Positions 50,135 through 59,585 of a stretch of 64,000 nt of DNA are shown piece after piece (positions within the stretch are counted from its first letter, which is position 1; the number at the start of each line of letters is the position of its first letter). The DNA lies in sequence record NC_070936.1; one strand, 5' to 3'. The translations under genes were made by a program, and so were the position numbers. The notes under the pieces were generated by a model, which made no database searches, was not told the DNA's origin, and worked only from the letters and a program-made list of their open reading frames with translations.

Positions 50135-51869
50135 TAACAAGCCGCTACCACCCGGCCAAGGTCCCATCGCTCCTGGTAATGATCCTCAGATCAGGAACGA
50201 AGGTGATCTGAAAAGGGTTTGGTATTTGGATCAGATTTATAACCCTGATATCCACCCTGTTAAAGACATGATGAAATACGTAGTTCCTCTTGAAGGGGAA
50301 CTTGTCCATGATACTGAAAACCATCGTATCTTGGAAGTTTCACATGTCGATCGTTATGCGACCTGGAAGACTACCTTTGTAAACTATTTCCTGCTCCCTG
50401 AGAAAGATGAATCCGATTATGATCTCTTCCCTCATCACGAGTATGGATTCTTGCAAGGTGAGTTGGCGTTGGCTATTGATTATTCTGTACGTCCTCCTGT
50501 AGCACGTGTAGATAGTAATGCAGTAGCTCCTAATGCAGCTTATGGACTTCTGTATCTGGGTAGCATCATTGGTGAGAAAGGTAAAATCATTTCTTCCACC
50601 TATTCTGGACAAGATTTCATCAGTAACAAAATCCCTGTCTCTCCTGTTGTTTATGACAACTTGGAAAATAAGGTAGTTGTTGGTGCCGATAGTTTCTCTG
50701 TTCAGTTGAATGAAGCAGCTCTCCCTAATGGTACTCGTTGTACTCTGGTTTACTATGATACTGCCGGTCGTCCGATTCCACCAACCTACCCGGTAGTGGT
50801 TCAACACTGCGCGTATCTGAGAGATCACCAGTTGGATAAACGTTACGTTAAATCCATCGAACTGATTTCCCCATGGTTTACCAACAGCACCAAACCTAAC
50901 ACCATGTTCGTACCTGTTAACTTACCGCTTTCTGCAGTTGAGTTCAGAGCACGTGTACTTTATAGTAATGGTGATTCGGTAGAGATGCCGGTTAACTCCT
51001 TTAATGGCGATAATGGGTTTACTCTTATTGGTACTGATCAGTATAAACCAACTACTCCGGGTCAAGTTTCTGATGCACTGGTTCTTACCTATGCATTTAA
51101 GGAACATGAACAAGCATTGATCGCTCAGCCGGGTTCTCCTAATCACATGTCAGTAAGTTATGAGATTGTAGCGACACCTAGTCAGGGTGCTTATAGTCCT
51201 CGTATCTATACTTACCCGTATTGGGATCCAGCTGTTGGTTATAAACTCCGTCACTTCCTGACTGACTTAGATCGCAAGTATTGCCGTGATGTTACTGATA
51301 AAGTAACTCTGAATGAAGGCTCTCCTGTATTCGAAGGTCAGAAGTATGGTGAAGAACAACCGATGATCTTTAACTTGAATATGCGGGATGTATCTCCGGC
51401 TTACGAGCCATGGGCTTTCATCCAGTATACAACGATCACATTGTTCAACGCTTCAACAGCACCTGGTCGTAAATGGGATGTTCGCCATTCTTACAACAGA
51501 CCTGCTTTCCACAACATGAATCTGGAATTCGTTCCTCAGACTGGTGGGAATAGTCTTGGTAAGTTTGCTGATATCACTACTGATGCTGATTTCTTGGATA
51601 AGGGTTATTGGGCATTTGAACCAATCTATGATCCGCGTCAAGAAGTTAAAGCACCAACACCAACTCACTTTGATTTGGTTAAGGTTGATGGAACTGCTAT
51701 TACAGCTATCCCGATTGCTAGTTGGAAAAATCCTCCATTAGCAAGTCTTCCTATCAATGATGGTGAAACTCTTTATATACGTTGGGTGCGTCGTGACGCT
51801 ACCGGTGCTGAACTCCAACTTGGTGTTTCTGCAACCATGTGTAAGAAAGTAGCAGCATTGAGTAAATAA
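50127..51869 (+). CDS. Baseplate/virion structural protein (phiKZ gp26-like)
   Basis: 580 aa; YSPRIYTYPYW..GYKL..FL.DLDR motif; syntenic next to the terminase. Confidence 0.7.
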   Translation: MFDNKPLPPGQGPIAPGNDPQIRNEGDLKRVWYLDQIYNPDIHPVKDMMKYVVPLEGELVHDTENHRILEVSHVDRYATWKTTFVNYFLLPEKDESDYDLFPHHEYGFLQGELALAIDYSVRPPVARVDSNAVAPNAAYGLLYLGSIIGEKGKIISSTYSGQDFISNKIPVSPVVYDNLENKVVVGADSFSVQLNEAALPNGTRCTLVYYDTAGRPIPPTYPVVVQHCAYLRDHQLDKRYVKSIELISPWFTNSTKPNTMFVPVNLPLSAVEFRARVLYSNGDSVEMPVNSFNGDNGFTLIGTDQYKPTTPGQVSDALVLTYAFKEHEQALIAQPGSPNHMSVSYEIVATPSQGAYSPRIYTYPYWDPAVGYKLRHFLTDLDRKYCRDVTDKVTLNEGSPVFEGQKYGEEQPMIFNLNMRDVSPAYEPWAFIQYTTITLFNASTAPGRKWDVRHSYNRPAFHNMNLEFVPQTGGNSLGKFADITTDADFLDKGYWAFEPIYDPRQEVKAPTPTHFDLVKVDGTAITAIPIASWKNPPLASLPINDGETLYIRWVRRDATGAELQLGVSATMCKKVAALSK

Positions 51870-51876
51870 CATAAAC

Positions 51877-51908
51877 TAGCTATTCCACCCAACCGGGTGG
51901 AATAGCTA
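51877..51908. terminator. Bidirectional terminator
   Basis: TAGCTATTCCACCC-AACC-GGGTGGAATAGCTA, 14-bp perfect stem between convergent genes. Confidence 0.9.
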
Positions 51909-51917
51909 TTATGCTGT

Positions 51918-54900
51918 TTAGTAATAACGACTACGGTTACCAAAACGACTTGCTTTAGAACGTTGTTCGATTAAACGTTTACTACGTTCTTGTTTAGCAT
52001 TCTCAATGATTTCGTCGATAGTAATTGTCTTACGGAGTTCTTTAGGTATCAACTCAGACAACTTACGGATTTCCATCTCGATACGGATAGCTAACGTATT
52101 GTTATCTGAACCTAACAGTTCTTTAGTTAGCAAGTTAATTCTTTCTCGTATCTTGGTGAACAGATCCAGTTGTGCTTTGTTATACTGAGGAGCAGAACCT
52201 TGATCTCTTAAAGAAGTGATCTCGATCATTGTTGCACCTTGTGGAATGCCATAAAGGGTTTTGTTATAACCCAGTTTGATAAACCAGTATGTCAACAACC
52301 ATGCAATTACCAAGTCATCATGACCTGAGGATTTGTGGTCAATACGACCATCCTTATCAACTTCAAGTCCAATCAGTTCATCGATCAAAAGTTTATATCT
52401 GATTACCGCACCTGTTAATGAGATTGCCTCATGAATGAACCCATACATTTGTCTACGAGTTTCTGGACCGGTGTGGAAACCAAATTTACCTTTGAATCTA
52501 AGATAGAATTCCTTAGTACGATGTTTGAAGTTCATCTCCATTACATCTCGGTATTCATTCTTATACTTAACTGGATCTTGGAAGATATCATTAAAGATTC
52601 TAGTGAATGGATCGATACCATAAGCCGGCAGTGTGATCAATAAACGTTCGATCATCATCGCAGCACGGTTTCGCTCAATAACTAACATACTGTTAGGTAT
52701 TCTTATCAGTAGTTCTTTAACAACGTCAGTAACATCATCAAGAAATGCCAGAGCATAACGACCAGTACCCACAACCTCACCTGACTTCATACGCCTGATA
52801 ACTAATGTACAAGCATCTCGGTCGTTGGCATCTGAGGTATCCATTCCGTAGAGTAGGAATTCTGATTCATCATGTTTATAAGCTTCTACTATTTCTTCAG
52901 GAATAAACCAGTCTACAAATAAACCAGTATCCCCAATCTCTTCATTTCGACAATGTTCAACTTTACTTTCTGCTAACTTCTCACGAGTAAAGTCATCGAA
53001 GAGTTTGTTCATCCCTTCTTCAGTCCACATCATCAACAAGTCGATCTTAGCTTTAGACCAAGAAAGACCAAGCTTATCCATTGTCTCCTTAACCCACGCA
53101 TGACCAAAGCCAAGTTGCAGGTGAGTAAACATCATACCCACTTTAGGATAAGTTGTTTTAACAGGAGAAGCTTTCATAATGCGTTTAACTAAATGAGTTT
53201 CAGAGAAGCTATCGAAGAAACTTTCACGCCACTCTGTAGAAGACATAAAGTCATCATGCATATAACGACCTTCCTCTTTAAGAACAGAGTTAGGTGTTGT
53301 GGCCTTTGCAGTAAAGTAAGGAATACCTTTTTCACGTGCTTCTTTTTGTGCAGTCAGGGTCGCAGGACCCGAACCGTTGATAATGTTCTCGATGTATTTC
53401 GTCCATGCAGGTTCGTCATACAACAGAACTTCAAAGGTTGAACCACGAGATACGTTCTCTGCACCATCTGCACCACCTGAAGGCACACGTACTTCAAAGG
53501 TGTTCTTTTTATCTTCACCAAAGGCTTGATAAGTTAATGCGTTACCAGCATCCTTATCTTTATAAGTCATGTTGGTTAGATATTCAGGTAAGCCAGCACG
53601 TATCTTCTTAAGCGCTTCAACAAACTGCATACGGTTAGCTGCAGCCAGAGTGATAAGACCAGTGCGGAAACCACGACCTAACAGGTACTGCATAATAAAT
53701 GCAAGTACCTGCATCCCGACTGTGTTGTGAGTAACAACAAAGTTATCAGTCACGTACAGGTGGTCTTTGTGAGCAACCTCGATACACTGACATTCAACAT
53801 CACGAACATGTTTAACATCATAGATTGCGAGTTTACTATTAAAGACTGCACCACGCAGGGCTTCCTCAGCACGCTTCAGTTTGCGATCAGTATGGAAGAG
53901 CAACCAAGGTTCACGATGACGGATGTTAACGCGGTAGGAAGCCCTACATTTCTTCTTAACACCATCTTTGATATATCCAGTGTCACGTTCTGTTATGGAG
54001 GCCAATCCACCCACTGAACGGATAAGGTATACCATATCCTCAGCTAACTGCTTGGAACTGGTATCGAAGGTAACGTGTTTCTTCTCACTGATAGTTCCGT
54101 CGGTATCCATCAAACCTTTGATGAGTAACAAACGTTGGGCGTGAGAACCTTCGAGGTATTCCTTAGGAATGAACTTCTCGTGAGAGAGTTTACCAAGGAG
54201 ACCCATCTCTTCGAGCATCTTACCGATGTAGCGTTTAGACTGGTCGCCCTTGTCACGATACTCGTATTTATCCAGAGGGTTGGTGCGTATTACGTTATAT
54301 TCCTTCCCACCCATACAGTCACTTAACTTGTGACCTTTAGGGAGACGACGATTAACGTAGTCAACAATATCCTGATCGATATTGGTAAATCCAATCAGGT
54401 CTTTGGTGAAACAACCATCACCAATTAAAGCACCAAGAACGTAAGGATCAATAACAAAGTCTTTGTGTTTAGTTTGCTCTGCATCTACCAGCGGAATGGA
54501 TAAACGGTTCTTAGCTTTGGAGAGTTCTTTCTGACGTTCGATAATCTCCAACGTAGTAAGAATACGCCATTTACCGGCATGGCCTTTACCAGCGTCCCAA
54601 ACCTTCCACAGATGTTCATCACTTGCTTCACAAGTACGACCATCAGCAAAGGTAAATTTATATACTGGTTTAATGCCCTGAGGATAAACACCAACAACGT
54701 TGGTAACCGACCCGTCGTGAGCAAATACCTTAGAACCAACTTCCATCTCACCCATTAACTTCCAACCATCAGGAGTTCTGATCTTGGAATCTAATGGCTG
54801 GGCCTTCCCAGATTGTCGAGGCATCAGGATGGTTGTAGGGATATGGTTAACGCAAGACCAGATGAAAGATATTACCGCACGGTTACCACGGAATCTACGC

Positions 54901-55328
54901 CCACCGATTTTAATAACCTCGCGAAGAATGTACCAGATGTTTTCGTTACATTCGTTCAAGATCATCATACGCTGTTCATCAGTCAGGTCTTCTGACCAAG
55001 GGTCGAGATCTTTAATGAGTGGGTTGTTAATTTGCAGAAGGAAGTAATAGTTCTTAATTCCCATCTGTCTGAATAGTTCTGCTGTACGTAAGAAACTCTT
55101 GTTAGTTGTTTCTGTATGAACACCAGCACCATAACGAGAAAAGTCTTTTAGGAATCTAACAGTTTTAAGAGTCCAAAGAGAATCTTCATGATAGTGAGCC
55201 ATGATACGTTCATCATGATCTTCTAATTTGTTACGTTCGTTTTTGTCATCCATCAGGTATTCTGGTAAAGCACCAGCTTTTATTCCCTGATGAGCTAAGA
55301 GCTTCTTAGCAAGTTCTAAATGTTCCAT
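51918..55328 (-). CDS. terL: Terminase large subunit, intein-containing (spliced protein ~776 aa)
   Basis: Walker A MPRQSGK|T split by an intein; Walker B LLYDEP; nuclease motifs GMDTS and HDDLVIAWL. Confidence 0.93.
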   Translation of the reverse strand: MEHLELAKKLLAHQGIKAGALPEYLMDDKNERNKLEDHDERIMAHYHEDSLWTLKTVRFLKDFSRYGAGVHTETTNKSFLRTAELFRQMGIKNYYFLLQINNPLIKDLDPWSEDLTDEQRMMILNECNENIWYILREVIKIGGRRFRGNRAVISFIWSCVNHIPTTILMPRQSGKAQPLDSKIRTPDGWKLMGEMEVGSKVFAHDGSVTNVVGVYPQGIKPVYKFTFADGRTCEASDEHLWKVWDAGKGHAGKWRILTTLEIIERQKELSKAKNRLSIPLVDAEQTKHKDFVIDPYVLGALIGDGCFTKDLIGFTNIDQDIVDYVNRRLPKGHKLSDCMGGKEYNVIRTNPLDKYEYRDKGDQSKRYIGKMLEEMGLLGKLSHEKFIPKEYLEGSHAQRLLLIKGLMDTDGTISEKKHVTFDTSSKQLAEDMVYLIRSVGGLASITERDTGYIKDGVKKKCRASYRVNIRHREPWLLFHTDRKLKRAEEALRGAVFNSKLAIYDVKHVRDVECQCIEVAHKDHLYVTDNFVVTHNTVGMQVLAFIMQYLLGRGFRTGLITLAAANRMQFVEALKKIRAGLPEYLTNMTYKDKDAGNALTYQAFGEDKKNTFEVRVPSGGADGAENVSRGSTFEVLLYDEPAWTKYIENIINGSGPATLTAQKEAREKGIPYFTAKATTPNSVLKEEGRYMHDDFMSSTEWRESFFDSFSETHLVKRIMKASPVKTTYPKVGMMFTHLQLGFGHAWVKETMDKLGLSWSKAKIDLLMMWTEEGMNKLFDDFTREKLAESKVEHCRNEEIGDTGLFVDWFIPEEIVEAYKHDESEFLLYGMDTSDANDRDACTLVIRRMKSGEVVGTGRYALAFLDDVTDVVKELLIRIPNSMLVIERNRAAMMIERLLITLPAYGIDPFTRIFNDIFQDPVKYKNEYRDVMEMNFKHRTKEFYLRFKGKFGFHTGPETRRQMYGFIHEAISLTGAVIRYKLLIDELIGLEVDKDGRIDHKSSGHDDLVIAWLLTYWFIKLGYNKTLYGIPQGATMIEITSLRDQGSAPQYNKAQLDLFTKIRERINLLTKELLGSDNNTLAIRIEMEIRKLSELIPKELRKTITIDEIIENAKQERSKRLIEQRSKASRFGNRSRYY
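53724..54803 (-). mobile_element. Class-3 intein (360 aa) with LAGLIDADG homing endonuclease
   Basis: Begins AQPLDSKI (Ala1); block B ASDEHLW (Trp); block F ECQCIEV (Cys); ends VVTHN with Thr+1; EN motifs LGALIGDG and IKGLMDTDG. Confidence 0.9.
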
Positions 55329-55411
55329 TTGATAAACTACCCCTTTAAATTGTAGAGGCCCGCATAGGCCCTTGCAGGCGCTTTAATTTACAAATGATAG
55401 TAAACAACAAA

Positions 55412-55452
55412 GACCCCTACCCACTCCGAATAGGAGCAGGTAGGAATCTTTA
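55412..55452 (-). terminator. Degenerate member of the hairpin terminator family
   Basis: CCCCTACCC-ACTCC-GAATA-GGAG-CA-GGTAGG downstream of tmk. Confidence 0.6.
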
Positions 55453-55457
55453 TAAGG

Positions 55458-56084
55458 TTATGCCAATTTAGCTTGTGCTTCTTTGATTAACCCAATAACT
55501 TCTTCAACAGGTGTAGCGGGTTTAATGGTAACGACAACAATGCGTCGATCCCCACCAGAGATAAGCTCAATTGCATCGAGATATTTCTGACGTTGGGTTG
55601 CAAAGTTAGTCGGATTCTGAAGCCAGATTTCTTTATTGTCTAGAACACGTGAACCATTGTTACAACGTTCCATGTAGGTTTCATAGTCAAGATCAATAAA
55701 GACCAGGATATCTGGAATAGCAGAATAGCCATAACTGTTGAGGATGGTTTCGTTCATTTTCAGAACGGTTGCTTGATCAGCTTCTTCCGAAGATTGGTAT
55801 ACCATTGAACTGACCACACAGCGATCAGAGATGATATCCCGACCTCTCGAAAGATAAGGGTGCTTGACTTTCTGGTTTGCTTCAACACGCTGAGCAATCA
55901 AAGCCATGATCTCATAAACCTTAGGTGCGTGGTTCTGAGTGATCATTTCTTTAACTTGTTTGGAGTGAAGTGTTTCTGTGAACGGTTCTCCAACATGACG
56001 TGCTTTAAATGCATATGCGAGTTGTTTAGCGAGTGTAGATTTACCAGAGAGATCGAGGCCCTCTAAAGCTATATCAAAAGACAT
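55458..56084 (-). CDS. tmk: Thymidylate (dTMP) kinase
   Basis: IALEGLDLSGKST P-loop, EPF, SDRCVVSSMVYQ, PDILVFID. Confidence 0.92.
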   Translation of the reverse strand: MSFDIALEGLDLSGKSTLAKQLAYAFKARHVGEPFTETLHSKQVKEMITQNHAPKVYEIMALIAQRVEANQKVKHPYLSRGRDIISDRCVVSSMVYQSSEEADQATVLKMNETILNSYGYSAIPDILVFIDLDYETYMERCNNGSRVLDNKEIWLQNPTNFATQRQKYLDAIELISGGDRRIVVVTIKPATPVEEVIGLIKEAQAKLA

Positions 56085-57550
56085 TACCGGTATTGCTCCA
56101 TAGTTAAAGTTCTTAGTACGATATACAACATCAAAGAGGTTCTGAGTGAAGTGATCTTGATATCAGTTTTGATACCTGTCATGGCTTTCACCAACTCATC
56201 ACCATTTTTTCTCAGTTTAAATAACAGGGCATTCGTAGACTTACTTGAAGTATACGCACCACGAATCTTAAAGAACACATTCTTAAGATCATTATGGCGA
56301 ATAGAGTTAGTCGCTAAATACTCAAATAAGTGAGTGGTGACATCGTCAACAAACTCACGATATTGTTCCCCTTTAGGATGAGAGTATTGAGATGGGAAAT
56401 CACGAATGATCATTTCCAACTTATCTTCATCGGTGCGTGGGATTGCTTTAGCTGCATAAGTTGCAAGTTCCTGTTTAAAGAAACTGTTCTTATCCACCAA
56501 CACAGTTCCGATATAGTTCTTATACCGGTTAACTTGTTTCTGAACATCTTTAATGTTCAGTTCGCCATCTAGTACAGCAAGACCTGAGTCTGTTTCTACT
56601 AGATCAACTGAGTCTTTGATTTCGTACAGAACCTTAGTGTAGTCATTGATAACACCTTTAAGGCGTGATTCCATATCGTTGACCATATACACTATTTTCT
56701 TATCATTATCCATCTTAGCAAAGGCATCAAAGTGAATACCTGTACGAGGATCGATAACGAACTCACCACGAGCACGGAAGAGATCAGTCCATGAACCATA
56801 GCGCTTAATATCAAACTTCAAGGAGAGCTTGTTATAGGCTGTTACAGCAACACTCGGTTTCACCAGATAACCGAAGTAGTGGTTCATGATCGATGTCATA
56901 ATGCGGTAGTGGAACAACATTACTAAATTGATCAAAGTGTCTTCTTTCAGATTACGAGGTAAACTTGAATTATAGACACGGTTCATCAGATAAACAATAG
57001 ACAGGTTAAAAGGTTCAGAAGAAACTTTAAAGTCTTTGTTAATCCATTTGGTTTTAATTAGTTCGTCACGTAACCTTACTTCATCAACATCGATGATATC
57101 ACGGAAGAAGGTAACACGGTCTGACGTTTTGAACAAGATACGGTGAGTGCCTAAATAAGGTGACCCAAAGAACTCTGTATGATCATTGTCTTTGGTAGCA
57201 AAACCATAAACAAATCTTTTCAGTGTTCTTGCCCAACGTTCATTAATAACCAGATCATCTACCAAGCCATCAAAGATATCTTTAACAGCATCATCACGAT
57301 TATAGTTAAAGTTAGGTTGTAGTGCTTCAAATCCAGCCATGTATTCTGGATTATTCAGATAGGACTCAAGCCCACCAAACTGATTTAGAGCTACTTCAGG
57401 ACCAAACAAGGTGAATGGTTGGTCTCGTTGTTCTAAACCCGCTAGTAGCTCTCTCAGCTCGTTATCTGATAGTGAATGTTCCATCATGTCTTCTTCTGAC
57501 TGAGGAACGTAACTTTGCCTTACCGCATAGGCTGTATTAGAGAGATTCAT
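56084..57550 (-). CDS. Conserved phiKZ-family protein, probably head-associated
   Basis: 488 aa; N-terminal AGLE, GGLE and AGFE protease-type sites; FFGSPYLG and LSLKFDIKRYGSW segments. Confidence 0.65.
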   Translation of the reverse strand: MNLSNTAYAVRQSYVPQSEEDMMEHSLSDNELRELLAGLEQRDQPFTLFGPEVALNQFGGLESYLNNPEYMAGFEALQPNFNYNRDDAVKDIFDGLVDDLVINERWARTLKRFVYGFATKDNDHTEFFGSPYLGTHRILFKTSDRVTFFRDIIDVDEVRLRDELIKTKWINKDFKVSSEPFNLSIVYLMNRVYNSSLPRNLKEDTLINLVMLFHYRIMTSIMNHYFGYLVKPSVAVTAYNKLSLKFDIKRYGSWTDLFRARGEFVIDPRTGIHFDAFAKMDNDKKIVYMVNDMESRLKGVINDYTKVLYEIKDSVDLVETDSGLAVLDGELNIKDVQKQVNRYKNYIGTVLVDKNSFFKQELATYAAKAIPRTDEDKLEMIIRDFPSQYSHPKGEQYREFVDDVTTHLFEYLATNSIRHNDLKNVFFKIRGAYTSSKSTNALLFKLRKNGDELVKAMTGIKTDIKITSLRTSLMLYIVLRTLTMEQYR

Positions 57551-58395
57551 TAACGTTTCCTTGGAACTGTCATCTTAATAGCATCAGACTTACCTTTCGG
57601 ATCAGCGTATGCGAGATATTTCTTAATCTCATTATTATAGAGATCTTTGAACTCTCTGTGTGCGTCTGCATAACCCTGGATGTCATCTTGAACATCCTCA
57701 ACAGTAACACCGAAACGAGATACTGCTTCTTGCATACCACGACGACAAGTTTTGTAGATATAAGCCTTTACACCTAACTCAACGAGTTCAGCAAACTTAT
57801 CATACATTCTTGGTGGGATTACAGAGAAGTGTTCATCATAGGACAAGATGACTTTAGCAATCATGTTAAACATAGCCGAACCAGCATCACGGATAATAAA
57901 TGAGTTATTACCTGTCATAGTGAAACTGGTGAAAGAACGTTGCACCTGTCCATCATCTAAACCATTAATTAAACGGTTAAGGCTGTTGTTCATCATACCA
58001 GAACCGCAAGCAGCATAGTTATTAAAGTTATAACCATTATTGATAGCTCTGTTGATGTTACCTGGATAAACTTCGAGTACAGATAGGATACGACGACCCC
58101 CTGTCATAAAGTCAGGTACGTTTACAGCTATGATACCGCCTGAAAGGTTTTCAATATGAGCCGCACTAAGATCAATGATCTCTGTTGTCCCACCTGCTAC
58201 GTTTAACAGGGGACCGACCATCTTCATGATAACCTTTTCACGGATACCTTGCTCAACAGTAAACTCGTCATTCACTGGAGACCAAATGCTACCATAACCG
58301 TTGTTTGGGTTATGAAACGCTAGTTTCAATAAATATTCAGATATGTCAGTAGGTCCATTAATAACGTACTCTACTGAAAAGTCAACTGGATTCAC
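57550..58395 (-). CDS. Conserved phiKZ-family protein
   Basis: 281 aa, GTG start with RBS GAGG; TAATG coupling to the next gene. Confidence 0.75.
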   Translation of the reverse strand: MNPVDFSVEYVINGPTDISEYLLKLAFHNPNNGYGSIWSPVNDEFTVEQGIREKVIMKMVGPLLNVAGGTTEIIDLSAAHIENLSGGIIAVNVPDFMTGGRRILSVLEVYPGNINRAINNGYNFNNYAACGSGMMNNSLNRLINGLDDGQVQRSFTSFTMTGNNSFIIRDAGSAMFNMIAKVILSYDEHFSVIPPRMYDKFAELVELGVKAYIYKTCRRGMQEAVSRFGVTVEDVQDDIQGYADAHREFKDLYNNEIKKYLAYADPKGKSDAIKMTVPRKR

Positions 58396-58515
58396 GTTTG
58401 AACCCTCCTAATCACTATTTCGAAATAGACCTTTATAAAAGGCATTGATCTCACTATTCAACCATCCTAGGTTCATAATAGAGAGAAGACGTCATATGAT
58501 TTAAAACTAAACAAA

Positions 58516-58560
58516 CATAAACCCCTACCCCTTCCTTTCGGAGGGAGTAGGGATTAAATG
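58516..58560 (-). terminator. Hairpin terminator family copy 5, closing the minus-strand RNA locus
   Basis: CCCTACCCCTTCC-TTTC-GGAGGGAGTAGGG. Confidence 0.75.
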
Positions 58561-59500
58561 CTTGGCTACATGGACACTCGAAAGGATAATCAATAATGTC
58601 AGGGTTGCAAATCCCGTCTCATTACAATTACCCAGACGGCTGTCTACGGTTGATGTCAACAACTTCCCCTTGGCATAGGGGCGGACCGTTTGCACTTGGC
58701 TTGGTACGCTATAATGCCATATAGTTACCTTCCAATTTCAGCGCTGTTGTCTCACCCTTGAACATCGGGTGGTCGCTCACGGTTAGGGCACGACTGTTCT
58801 ATGACGGTTCCACCAGTGCTGGAGACACTTAAATGGATACCCGTTTCGTCTAATTATTTATTGTCGCCAGACTCGTCAGATAGTACGACATACCCTCACC
58901 AAAGGGATTAGGTTGGTCCTCTGATATCGCATGAGTAACTATGTTACTCTCATAGGCTCTTTGAACATCAATGTTCAACCTTAAGTTATGCTTTCGTTCA
59001 GAAGGACCGATGGGATGTGTTCCCGCATCATCAACTCTCAAGCTCATCACAGTTTCTGCATATATAGCTAGGGTTTGTTCGACGCCAGAACACAAAGGGG
59101 TACAGCGTTCCCAACTTTTGATAGATATTGTTTTTTATGACCGCCCAGGATGGAGTTCGGGTTCTACCATCATCGATAACCCAATAGTCACGTATCGGGA
59201 GTGCATTCAGCTTATGCTACTGGACATTCTATCAAACGCGCTGCTATGTCGCCGAGGTTTACCAGGGCAACACCCACCAGAGGCTACTTACTATAGCGGA
59301 CTACCGCCGCCGTTCACACTCTGGGTTTTTAACTCGGCCTACATTGCCGAGTACTGCCTCCGTAATTTGTCTGCCCAGTGGGGCCGAACTCTACGGAGGT
59401 CTTACATCCCAATACCGTTGACTGGCAAACCCCTTCCAACCCCGGATCAACCGGCTCATTGGACCAGACTTACACTTCCCAACTTAACTGGGTTACTACA
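58561..59500 (-). ncRNA. Large structured ncRNA block 1 (~940 nt), class unassigned
   Basis: No credible ORF. Nested helices such as 58915-24/58998-59008, 59277-82/59319-24 and 59357-64/59392-99. Bounded by a tRNA CCA and a terminator; contains a hammerhead. Confidence 0.75.
58796..58890 (-). ncRNA. Type I hammerhead ribozyme, predicted GUC cleavage between 58803 and 58802
   Basis: CTAT-CTGACGA-GTCT[17 nt]AGAC-GAA-ACGG[33 nt]CCGT-C-ATAG: full catalytic core plus stems I, II and III; loop-II GCGACA is complementary to the 5' flank TGTCGT. Confidence 0.88.
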
Positions 59501-59577
59501 TGGTGGCCCTGACAGGACTTGAACCTGTGACCAGGCGATTATGAGTCACTTGCTCTAACCAGCTGAGCTACAGGACC
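59501..59577 (-). tRNA. tRNA with CAU anticodon (Ile2-like, or elongator Met)
   Basis: GGTCCTGTAGCTCAGCTGGTTAGAGCAAGTGACTCATAATCGCCTGGTCACAGGTTCAAGTCCTGTCAGGGCCACCA; encoded CCA. Confidence 0.95.
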
Positions 59578-59585
59578 ATTGCTTG

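Noticed and set aside
59325-59351. Pistol-ribozyme-like hairpin followed by UUAAAAA
   Set aside because: The loop has no downstream pseudoknot partner; kept only as part of block 1 structure.
58850-59522. ORFs 58850-59095(-) and 58971-59522(+)
   Set aside because: Pro/Leu/Arg-rich, non-phage-like composition; they overlap a tRNA and the hammerhead; better explained as ncRNA.
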